64,000 nucleotides of DNA, taken from Eledone cirrhosa (lineage: Eukaryota). This document shows, in pieces, positions 26,700 to 37,111 of the stretch (positions are counted from its first letter, which is position 1; each line of letters opens with the position of its first letter). The stretch spans positions 201,624,001 to 201,688,000 of the forward strand of contig OZ024740.1 in the NCBI GenBank assembly GCA_964016885.1, read 5' to 3'. A model generated the notes under the pieces. The model was given only the letters and a program-made list of their open reading frames with translations. It made no database searches and was not told where the DNA came from. Both the position numbers and the translations under genes were made by a program.

Positions 26700-28367
26700 T
26701 TGACAGTTGGGTGGGTGACTGTGTGTGACAGTGTGTGACTGTTGTGACAGTGGGTGACTGTGTGTCACAGTGTGTGACTGTGACAATGTGTAACAATTTG
26801 TGACTGTGGGTGACTGTGTGAGTATCTGGTCAGTTGGATGTGTGAGTGTGACAGTGTGTGTATCTAGTCAGTTGGGTGTGTGACTGTGTGTGTATCTGGT
26901 CAGTTGGGTGTGTGACAGTGTGTGACTGTGTGTATCTGGTCAGTTGAGTGTGTGACTGTGTGTGACACTGTGTGTATCTGGTCAGTTGGGTGTGTGATAG
27001 TATGTATCTGTGTGTGACTGTGTGTATCTGGTCAGTTGTGTGGGTGATAGTGTGTGTATCTGGTCAGTTGTGTGGGTGACTGTGTGACAGTGTGTGTATC
27101 TGGTCAGTTAGGTGTGTAAGGTGTGACAGTATCTGGTCAGTTGGGTGTGTGACAGTGTGTGTATCTGGTCAGTTGGGTGTGTGGCAGTGTGTGTATCTGG
27201 TCAGTTAAGTGTGTGAGTGTGTATCTGGTCAGTTGTGTGGGTGATAGTGTGTGTAACTGGTCAGTTGCATGTGTGACAGTGTGTGTATCTGGTCAGTTGG
27301 GTGTGTAACAGTGTGTGTGTGTGTGTGTGAGTGTGTGTGGCTGCGTATGTGTATCTGGTCAGTTGGGTGTGTGACTGTGTGTGTGTGTGTGTGTGTGCGT
27401 GTGTGTGTGTGTGTTTGTGTGTGTGTGACCATGTGTGTGGCAGTATGTCTGCGTGTGTGGCAGTGTGGCATTGTGTAGGAGTATGTATGTGTGTGGCAGT
27501 GTGTCTATGTGTGTGTCTGTGTGTATGTGTGTATGGCTGCGTGTGTGTGGTAGTGTGTCTGTGTGGCAGTGTGGCATTGTGTGTGGGAGTATGTATGTGT
27601 GTGTGTCTGCGTGTCTGTGTGTGTCTGCGTGTATGTGTGTGTGGGCGTGAGTGTGTGTGTGTGGTTGTGTGAGTGGTTGACAGTATGTTCAGGTGCATGT
27701 ATGTGTGACTGTGGCTGTGTTTGTGTGACACTGTATTTGTGTGTGTGTGTGTGTGTGTGTGTGGTTGTGGCTGAGTGTGTGGGTATGTGTGTGTGTGTGG
27801 TTGTGTGTGTGTATTTGTATGTTTGTGTATGACAGTCTGGCCATGAGAGTGTGTGCATGTATGATAGTGTGACAGTATGTGTATAATTGGGTGGCCATAT
27901 GTGTGTGTGTGTTTTATTGTGTGGACATGTATGTGAATATATGGAGATGTGTGTATGTGACTGTATGGAGATGTGTGTATGTGACTGTATGGAGATGTGG
28001 GAGGTGAGTGAAACAGTGTTGACAATGTCTGTACAGTGTGAGTGTGTGAACGTATGTAATTGTGGAAACATGTGTGTTTGTATGTGTGAGAACCTGTAGC
28101 TATGTGTGTGTGTGTGTGTGTAAGAGAGAGGCAGTAGCCACATATGTGTTTGTGCAAGTATGTGTGCATGTGTGTTTGTGCATGTACATATGTGTGTGCA
28201 TGAACATATGTGCATGTACATATGTGCATGTACGTATGTGCATGCATGTGCATGTACGTATGTGCATGTATGTGCGTGCATGCATATATGAACACACTGG
28301 CACATAATGACAACATAGAACTAACAGGTCATAAAAATACAAGCCATAGTATAGTAGGAAAGCTCAA

Positions 28368-28457
<90 letters not shown>
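26700..28457. repeat. GT-rich low-complexity region with TGTATCTGGTCAGTTGGGTGTGTGACAG units, ending in (GT)n
   Basis: About 15 copies of ATCTGGTCAGTT at 26824-27365; pure (GT)n at 28370-28457. Confidence 0.92.
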
Positions 28458-28459
<2 letters not shown>

Positions 28460-29118
28460 ATGCACATATGTGCATGTATGTATACACACAATATTTCCAT
28501 ACGGTGTGTTTAAGGATAACAACAGTATATAAACTGAGTTATAGTAATATAAAAATGCAGGCCATAGATTAGAGAGAGGTGTGTGTATTCATTCAGTTTA
28601 GAGTAGGTACACCATATTATTGAATACTATATGAGGTGACAGAAAGGTTTGGTGTCTGGATGGGCATCTGATTGTCAAAAACTGCTTCAAATAGGGCCCA
28701 TGGTGTGTATGAAACCTTGCAAGGGGGCCACAACATGGAAACTGGACTTAGAATTAAAACACTTGCTGCTGCTGTTGATTAAGCTTAGGGAACACACACC
28801 ACAGCATGAATGTCTGCATGCACATATCTATGTATGCATGGCTGGCTGGATGTATGTATGTGAGTGTACATACATTATATATGTGTGTATATATACTGTT
28901 TCTCTCTCTCTCTGTATATATATGAATGTAAGAGCAAGTATATGTAGATATGTACACACTACTGTCATATAGTATAGATAAGGATAGCGACAACATATAA
29001 AGTAAGCTATAGTAATGTAAAAATACAAATTATAGCTCAGAGAGAAAGCAGTAACAGCATGGATGTATGTACATTCGTGATACATATGTGTATATATGCA
29101 GTGAATGCAACTATACAG

Positions 29119-29182
<64 letters not shown>

Positions 29183-29412
29183 AGAGGACAATAATAAATC
29201 AAGATATAGTAATGTAATAGCACCAGCTATAATTTAGGAAAAGAGGCACCATGACATGAACATACATCCATACATGCACATATGTACATGTATGTATGTA
29301 CACATACACAGACACTGCCATACAGGATGCATAGCAGTGTAGACAGTATATAACACAGTGAGTTGTCGTAATGGAAGAGAGACACCATAGTATGAATGAA
29401 ATGACAAAATAC

Positions 29413-29621
29413 CTGTGGCATGGGGATGTTTAAATATCCAAATTGCTCAAAAGTACTCCAGAGCAGAAACTGTTCACATCAGAGTTAGAAGTAGTTCTGT
29501 GGGAAATCTATCTATGATAGTGACAGTAGTAGTAGTAGTAGTAGTAAGAGGAGTGGAAGAGGAGGAGTTGCTGTGACTGAGGGTGGTGGTGGTGGATCTG
29601 CTGGTGGTGGTGGTATCTGAC
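29413..29621 (-). other. Candidate exon: mostly 5' UTR, ending in start codon ATG-CCA-CAG (MPQ)
   Basis: Acceptor TTGTTTCGTTTATAG|G at 29621 and donor CAG|GTATTT at 29413; all three frames have stops before the ATG at 29421. Confidence 0.4.
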
Positions 29622-29882
29622 CTATAAACGAAACAATCCACCAACTTTTTTTTTCTTTTTTTTCTTTTCAAGTAAGTGTTGCCAACCATAACATGAACAA
29701 CCATGAGAGATGACTACAACTACAACAATGACAACAGCAGCAGCATGTTAGCTGATCAGCAGCATAACTGAGCAGCAACAGCAGCAACACTACTCATACA
29801 TATTTATTTATCTATTTGTTATATATACATATAATTATACATACATACACATAATTATATACACATACATACAATTATACAT

Positions 29883-29954
<72 letters not shown>

Positions 29955-30347
29955 GTGTGGTGTCCAGATGCTCTCTCACTTGCAGGAGGAGTCAGATGCT
30001 CTGCTACTATACAGATCAACAGTATAACATACTGGGACTAAACTAGCTCTTCTAACAGTCATTACTCAATCCCTTCTTTTTTCTCTCACTCTCTGTCTAA
30101 GAAAAAACACTGTATTATCACTACCTTATTTTCATTAATGATTTATCATCTTTATTATTATTATTGTTATCATCATCATTATTACCTTATTTCTCTTACT
30201 GTTATTGTGGTGCTGAGGAGAATTTTCTTCTTATCCTTCGGAAGAGGGGGCTAGGAGCAAACAATAAAGTACCAGTCAAGTACCCGGTTATATTTAATCG
30301 ACGTTCCTCTCCCCCAAAATTGATGGCCTTGTGTCTAAATTAAAAAC

Positions 30348-30379
<32 letters not shown>

Positions 30380-30383
<4 letters not shown>

Positions 30384-30722
30384 GGCTGGTAGAGCATCGG
30401 ACACCCTGCTTCACAGCATAGAGTTACAATCCTTTATCTTCTAAAATCAAATTCCGTCGAGGTTAGCTTTGCCATTCATCCTTATGGGGGTCGATAAAAT
30501 AAAGTACCAGTAATGCACTGGTGTCGATTTAATCGACTTACCCCTCTCCCAAAATTGCTGGCCTTGTGCCTAAATCAAATCATGGATTGGCAGTATCGGT
30601 AGAGGGTCGGACGCCATGCTTTGAGTTCAAATCCCGCCGAGGTTAACTTTGCCGATAAAATAAAGTACCAGTAATGTACTGGGTATTTGCTCTCTTTGTG
30701 CCAAAAGTAGAAACAATTATTA
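30380..30722 (+). mobile_element. Tandem Meta-like tRNA SINE copies
   Basis: Central domain and A/B boxes repeated. Confidence 0.75.
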
Positions 30723-31325
30723 TCTTTGTAATGTCCCATTCATCTATCACCCTTGTGGCAAATAAATGAAATAGGAGGAGGAGGAGGAGGAGGCCTTGTA
30801 GTATATATTTACAGGTTTGTTTTATTAAATCATGTGGAGGTCAATTTTACCTTTCATCCTACTGGGGTGGGTGGGGAGTGTGTGGAGGAGGGGCGTTGAT
30901 AAAATAAAGTACTGAAAAGTTCTAAATTTGATGGCCTTCTGCCTCAATCAGAAATCATCATGGGCATCAGTAGTAATAATAGTAGTAGTAATAGTAGTAG
31001 TACCACCACCAACACCAATGATTTTTACCTTTATTTTTATAGGGTCATGATATTACTGTTGTAATAAGAATGATCCCTAATGAAATAATTTTATGGGGGG
31101 AGGGGATAGTTAGCAATGAATTTGACCTTTAAGTTCCACCAGTTGCCTTAATATTCTAAAGGAACACAAGATGATAGAATAGTAAGACAGGAGAGAAAAA
31201 GGATGGACAAGAAAGATGCTTCAAATGCTTCTGAGAGAGCCCCTTTCAAGTGTAATCCTCCCCCCTCTCTCTCCTTAATATAACTGTGTACAATTGCCTC
31301 CTGTGTTTTGTTCCTTCATTTCAAC

Positions 31326-31362
<37 letters not shown>

Positions 31363-31544
31363 TGTATGATTATAATGTGTGTGTGTGTGTAAGATATGAG
31401 TCTACATGTTAAAACATATCAGGTTCGATCATTGATAGATCGTTCCTGGAGCTGATGAACAGTGAAACATGTAATATGTACATGATGCAACACTGATTCT
31501 TTGTTCCTTATACATTAATACTATATATATATATATATATATAT

Positions 31545-31739
31545 GGGAAAATGTTCAAGACCCCGACGGCAGAGCTCAAGCCGTTTCGACGGCTATTTCT
31601 GGACTGAAATAGCCGTCGAAACGGCTTGAGCTCTGCCGTCGGGAGTCTTGAACATGTTCCTATTACCCACTCTACTACCCTAAGTATTGAGTACTCTGAT
31701 ACGTTATGGTCCACCTGGTTCCTTACCACACTTCTTTCG

Positions 31740-31742
<3 letters not shown>
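31545..31742 (+). mobile_element. Penelope-like palindromic remnant in (TA)n, family P1 copy 1
   Basis: About 49-bp inverted arms (31551-31655); carries the GAAA-CGGC..GCCG-TC hammerhead 3' half; (TA)n on both sides. Confidence 0.75.
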
Positions 31743-31790
<48 letters not shown>

Positions 31791-31806
31791 GTTTGTAGCG
31801 TAGTAA

Positions 31807-31847
<41 letters not shown>

Positions 31848-32274
31848 GTTTGTAGCGTAGTGTACTGTTGTAATGGTGTGTATTGTAAGTTAGGTTAAGG
31901 AAGACATTCAAGGTTTGTTGCATCAAAATGTAAAGAAAGCCTATTAAACAGTAGTGTAGCAGACAGACAGACAGTGGAAGGAAGAGGAGGGGACAATCAG
32001 TTGAAGCTGGATAACTGATGCAGCAAACAGAAAAGGAAAGGGTGTGGTAGGGGGAGAGATGGATTGTAAGCGGAGGAGTAGGAAGAGGCTGAGGAAACAG
32101 GCCATACATTATATATATGTATATTTGTGAATGGAGGTGTGTATGACACACTCTCACAGTTGTCCAATATACAACAGATGAATGGTCTGATTCCCAGCAG
32201 CCAGTTCTATCAGATTACTTCTGTCATATTTCGCATTGTTTAAGTTTATCATAAAAATTCTTATGATAAACTTA

Positions 32275-32303
<29 letters not shown>

Positions 32304-32312
<9 letters not shown>

Positions 32313-32665
32313 TAAAAGGAATTCCAACTTTGTCTGATTTACTCGTTTTATTTACAATCCTTTAAAATGTATAATGGTATTATAATGAAATAGTATGATA
32401 GAATATTAAATGTTAAGTGTTAATTGAACAAGTACTTTCTTTCATGCTTTCGCAATCTTCAGGTTCATATTCTCTGGTGACAGTCAAGTTTGCAATTCAC
32501 AGAATATGAACCTGAAGATTGCGAAAGCATGAAAGTACTTGTTCAATTAATACTTAGCATTTAATATTCTACCATATTATTTCATTCTAATACCATTATA
32601 CATTTTAAAGGATTGTAAATAAAACGAGTAAATCAGACAAAGTTGGAATTCCTTTTATTAATATA
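32304..32665. mobile_element. Large palindrome (about 170-bp arms), inverted PLE terminal repeat
   Basis: Arms are reverse complements around a spacer at about 32474-32500; left end abuts (TA)n; contains a hammerhead motif. Confidence 0.85.
32507..32545 (+). ncRNA. Minimal type I hammerhead ribozyme motif
   Basis: TGAAC-CTGAAGA-T-TGC-GAAA-GCA-T-GAAA-GTAC-T-T-GTTCA: 5-bp stem I, intact core, GAAA-capped stem II, palindromic helix III. Confidence 0.75.
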
Positions 32666-32697
32666 ATCTTCTATACACAATCATGCACACCCGTGTA

Positions 32698-32756
<59 letters not shown>

Positions 32757-32760
<4 letters not shown>

Positions 32761-32842
32761 ATGTTTAACCCCGACGGCAGAGCTCAAGCCGTTTCAACCG
32801 GTGCGTTATGGTCCATCTGGTTCCTTACCACACTTACTTCGT

Positions 32843-32845
<3 letters not shown>
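32757..32845 (+). mobile_element. Family P1 copy 2 (internally deleted) in (TA)n
   Basis: Left arm and 3' tail match 31545-31742 with the centre missing. Confidence 0.75.
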
Positions 32846-32898
<53 letters not shown>

Positions 32899-33027
32899 AT
32901 ATACATATATAATATATAAATATAATGCTTATGTGTGTATATATATATATGAAGTGTGTATGATGTATGTATGCATATTACATATGTGGTCTATGTATAT
33001 GAACGCAAATATATATATATGTGGAGG

Positions 33028-33370
33028 TACATGGCTTAGTGGTTAGAGCATTGGCCTTGCAATCGAAAGGTTGTGAGTTCAATTCTCAGACCGGGTGATG
33101 TGTTGTTTCCTTGAGCAAGACACTTTATTTCACATTGTTTCAGTTTACTCAGCTGTAGAAATGAGATGATAGGGACTGGGGTCCATATCATTCCACTGCA
33201 AAGTGGTCGTGGAGGTGCCACGGAAAAAAAGCACCCAGCACTCACTGTAAATGAGGTTGGTGTTAGGAAGGGCATCCAGCTGTAGAAATCAAGCCAGCAT
33301 CAGTTCCCGTCCCACCCTTGCAAGCAGGGAAAAAGCGAACGTAAAATGAAATGATGATGATGATGATGAT
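33028..33370 (+). mobile_element. Young composite SINE: tRNA head + CORE-like domain + RTE-derived tail
   Basis: TGGCTTAGTGGTTAGAGC A-box, GAGTTCAATTC B-box, CCTTGAGCAAGACACTT core, TTAGGAAGGGCATCCAGC RTE 3' motif, (GAT)n tail. Confidence 0.88.
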
Positions 33371-33499
33371 GTATATATATATTGAAAGAGAAGGACAAGG
33401 AGAAGTGTGTTGCCACACAGAAGAGACTGGAAGAATGAAATAAAGGTGATACACAAGACAAGTTCACACACACACACACACACACACACTCAACAGTTC

Positions 33500-33955
33500 T
33501 CAAACCAACAAAATGGTTTCGCGCAATTTAATTGAAAGTACCATTTTAAAATGCTAGATTGTGCAACAGAAAAATAAATCTTTCTGCTGGTCTCATATCT
33601 GTGTGACATAACAAACAGCACCTCTTTCTAACAGATAGGACATCCTGTCCTATTTGTATCTGCCGCCACAATTAAAGCATTCTTTGACCACGAGATATAG
33701 TTGACTATTTCTTGGAACATAACAGATATAAAGGTATTTTTGTACTTTATTGGAACAATCTAAAGATGATTTCCTCTGATGATTAGTTTTGCGTCTTACA
33801 TAATTCTACCAAAATCAATAGTTGGTAATCAATAATCGATTGCTTGGATCAATTTTTGCTTCAGTTTATGAAACAGTAACCGTAAGGAAAATAAGAACTT
33901 TTCCATCTTAAAGTATGTACTTTGTCCTAAATATTATATGCTTTATATATATATG
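33500..33955 (+). mobile_element. Penelope-like element 3' end (decayed endonuclease C-terminus plus terminal repeat with hammerhead)
   Basis: Frameshifted KC.LCATEK.IFL...NR.DILS..CRH resembles the C.LC..EK..I..LN.R.E..SKCRH tail of PLE endonucleases; ends in a short (TA)n. Confidence 0.6.
33770..33890 (+). ncRNA. Type I hammerhead motif with 87-nt stem II insert
   Basis: TTTCCT-CTGATGA...GAAA-CAG-TAA-CCG-TA-AGGAAA: perfect 6-bp stem I, GUA triplet, one mismatch in helix III. Confidence 0.65.
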
Positions 33956-34236
33956 TACAAAATACTATGCTTCTCTAATGATATATAGCTCTTTCTCTCT
34001 AACTATATGCATACATCTTTTGATTTGAATTATTGATGCTCTGGACAAGCATCCTTTGAGCTTTTCTGCTGAGAAACACAAGCATCATACATATTATATA
34101 TATTTATTCAGCAGAGTACTTGATACTTGGGAGGTAGAGTCTAAATATAGTAGATAGTCAGAGCCTGATTCACCCCCCCTCTTCTCTCACTATATATATA
34201 TATATATATAATGGATTTCTTCCATTAACATTACAA

Positions 34237-34327
34237 GGGGTCTGACGAGCCACGGATTACAGAGTCAGGTCAGATCGATACAGATCGAACCTTGAGTGGG
34301 TCAGTGGCGAAACGCTCGTCACCAACC
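34237..34327 (+). ncRNA. Type I hammerhead motif with extended stem II
   Basis: GGT-CTGACGA-GCCAC..long hairpin..GTGGC-GAAA-CG-CT-CG-TC-ACC: canonical core, G10.1-C11.1, GUC triplet; lies in a segment flanked by (TA)n at 34190-34210 and 34479-34493. Confidence 0.75.
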
Positions 34328-34490
34328 AATAAACATAATGAAGGAGTAACCATCTTCCTTGTTATATTATTTAACAATAATACACTCTGTATAGCTCTAC
34401 ACCTCGACACTGAAGTGAACCTGAACATCGAGTGCTCACCTGGGTGAACCTACAGTAACTCCAAGTTACGCTCCCTGGATATATATATAT

Positions 34491-34690
34491 ATAGGAAAAA
34501 AGTTTAACCCCAACAGCAGAGCTCAAGCCATTTCGACAGCTATTTCTGGACTCCAGAAATAGCCGTCGAAACGGCTGGAGCTCTGCCGTCGGGGTTAAAC
34601 TTTTTTCCTATTACCCACTCTACTACCCTAAGAATTGAGTACTCTGGTGCGTTATGGTACATCTGGTTCCTTACCACACCTCCTTCGTTA
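34491..34690 (+). mobile_element. Family P1 copy 3: 60-bp-arm palindrome in (TA)n
   Basis: Arms 34491-34550 and 34552-34611; same tail as 31656-31742. Confidence 0.8.
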
Positions 34691-34842
34691 TATATATATA
34701 TATATTTGTTCAAAGCGATGCCCCAGCATAACCATATCCTAGTGATTTAAACTCGTAAAAAAATAATATGTGTGTATAAACATACTTTGTGTGTGTGTGT
34801 GTGTGTGTGGGTGTGGGTGTGGGTGTGGGTGTGGGTGTGTGT

Positions 34843-34882
<40 letters not shown>

Positions 34883-35639
34883 ACATGTGTGGCTATAAAA
34901 TCAAGTGAATTCCCAGAGCAGAGTAGGGAACGCATACAAATCAATAAGGAACAATAGGGGTGGGAGGAGTGGGCTAGTGGAGAGCAAGGCAGTGCAAGTG
35001 TAAGAAGCATATATATATGACTAGGCAGGATGATGGAGATGGTGGTGGGCTGGTGGTGCGAGATGTATGAAGAGGGTGTTGGGTAATGTTAAATAAAGTT
35101 GAGCAGGAAAGGTGGAGGGAGAGAGGGGCCTATTACCTAAGATGAAAAGGTGTTGGTGCTAGTGATGGTGATAATGATGTTGGTGGATGTGGTGGTGATA
35201 ACTGAGATTTTGGTATTGATGTCTGGGGGGGGGGGGGGGGTTGAAAGGGATGCTGGTGCTGGGGGTTGCAGAGGTGATGGTGGTGACAGCAGTGGAGAGG
35301 GAAGAGGAGGGATATGAAATGTGGGGCTGATGTCTAAGCCCTGAATAAGTTCCATTGAAGGTGAGGGTGAAAAGGGATGTCATAGAGGACACTGAGGAAA
35401 GACAGATGAGATGTGGGGAGGGGAAAGGGTGAATGAGTAAGACAAGAGGCTATGGGCAGAGAGGAAGAGAAAATAAGGGAGATCATCTACCACCACCATC
35501 ATCATCATCACAAAGGGGGGGGGGAGTGGAAGAAGAAAATAGAGGAAAAAGGAAGAAACATGCAGGAGGAGAGGAAGAAAACAAGAGTATGAGGACAGAG
35601 AAAAGAAGAGAGGTAGGGGTGAAAGGGAAGTATGGGTGG

Positions 35640-36022
35640 GGGGGGGGGGTAGAGGTGAGGGGGTAGAGGTGGGAGGGAGGTAGAGGTGGGAGGGAGGTGG
35701 AGGTGAGAGGGGAGGTAGAGGTGAGAGGGGAGTAGAGGTGAGAGGGAGGTGGAGGTGAGAGGGAGGTGGAGGTGAGAGGGAGGTGGGGGTGAGAGGGAGG
35801 TGGGTGAGAGGGGGGTGGAGGTGAGAGGTGAGAGGCAGGTAGAGGTGAGAGGGAAGTAGAGGTGAGAGGGAGGTAGAGGTGAGAGGAAAGTAGAGGTGAG
35901 AGGGAGGTGGAGGTGAGAGGGAGGTGGAGGTGAGAGGGAGGTGGGGTGAGAGGGAGGTGGGGTGAAAGGGAGGTTGGGTGAAAGGGAAGGTGGAGGTGAG
36001 AGGAAAGTAGAGGTGAGAGGCA
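35640..36022. repeat. Purine-rich 17-bp minisatellite
   Basis: GAGGTGAGAGGGAGGT(G/A) x~20. Confidence 0.92.
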
Positions 36023-36627
36023 AGTAGGGAGATCTCTAAAAAATAGGTAATGGGGTGATGGTAATAAAAATGAAACAAGAAAAAAATGGAGAAACCTGCT
36101 GGAGAAGAAGAAAATCAAGCCTGAGGACAGAAGAGAAGGGGGTAGATTTACATAATTAAGGGTTTTTACATACTTATGACCAGGAACCAGTAGGGGAATC
36201 CCTTAAATATAAAAAGAGGGATATCTCATGGAAAGATGGCCAGAAATGTTAATGTATTTTGTACAGGCACCTATATAACAAACTATTTGGTAGTTTCATT
36301 CACCACATGGGGGGGGGGGGCAACTTTATTGTTTTTCACAGGTATTCCAAACATGCATCATAGAAAAAAATTAGATGGATATACAGAAATGTTAGCAAAG
36401 ATGTTATTTGCAAATGCCAACATATTAATAATCAGACATATATCAAAGCTATTACTAATGGTCAATTGCTTTATCTCACTATTCCTCTTTGGTTGAACAA
36501 TCCAAACATGAATTTGTAAACACTGAAATCGTAGCTATTTTTTTTATTTCTTACAGATTAATGTGCAAGATTTAGTATTTCAAGATTTGGGATTCATAAA
36601 ATATTCTAAGAAATTCTAAGAAATATC

Positions 36628-36838
36628 ATTTAAACCAGCTGTCTCCAGGTAGAATTCTCTCACTTATTTCTGTTCAAACCAACCGTAACCGGCTGCTCGT
36701 ACTTATGTAAAGGTATTGTTCTCAAAATAAATAAATAATAAAATCTCATAGCTTTGATATTATGTGAGATAATTATGTGAGATAAAGCCTTTACCACAAA
36801 AATACAATAGTATATATAAAGTAATGTAAATGCTAAGG
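36628..36838 (-). mobile_element. piggyBac-like MITE family A, degenerate
   Basis: Reverse complement of the 6607-6832 internal sequence. Confidence 0.7.
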
Positions 36839-37111
36839 TGCAGGCATGGTTGTGGTTCAGGAGTTCACTTCACAAGCACATGTTTCACTCCCACAGCATG
36901 GCAACTTGACCAAGTGTCTTCTACTATAGCCTCAGGTTGACCAATACCTCATAAAATATGGTAGACAGAAACAGCAGAAGTCCATTTTATTATTATATAT
37001 ATGCATTGACTTTGCCTTTCATCCTTACGGGGTCGATAAAATAAAGTACCAGTAATGCACTGGGTAATTGTTGGCCTTGTGCCTAAAGTAGAAACAATTA
37101 TTATATATATA

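Noticed and set aside
33028-33100. tRNA gene
   Set aside because: The A/B boxes continue into CORE and LINE tail sequence, so this is a SINE head; no complete cloverleaf.
34249-34308. SECIS element inside the hammerhead stem II
   Set aside because: No AUGA/GA quartet or apical AA motif visible on either strand.
35380-36118. Pro/Ser/Leu-rich (extensin-like) ORFs
   Set aside because: Reverse-strand translation of the 17-bp purine repeat.
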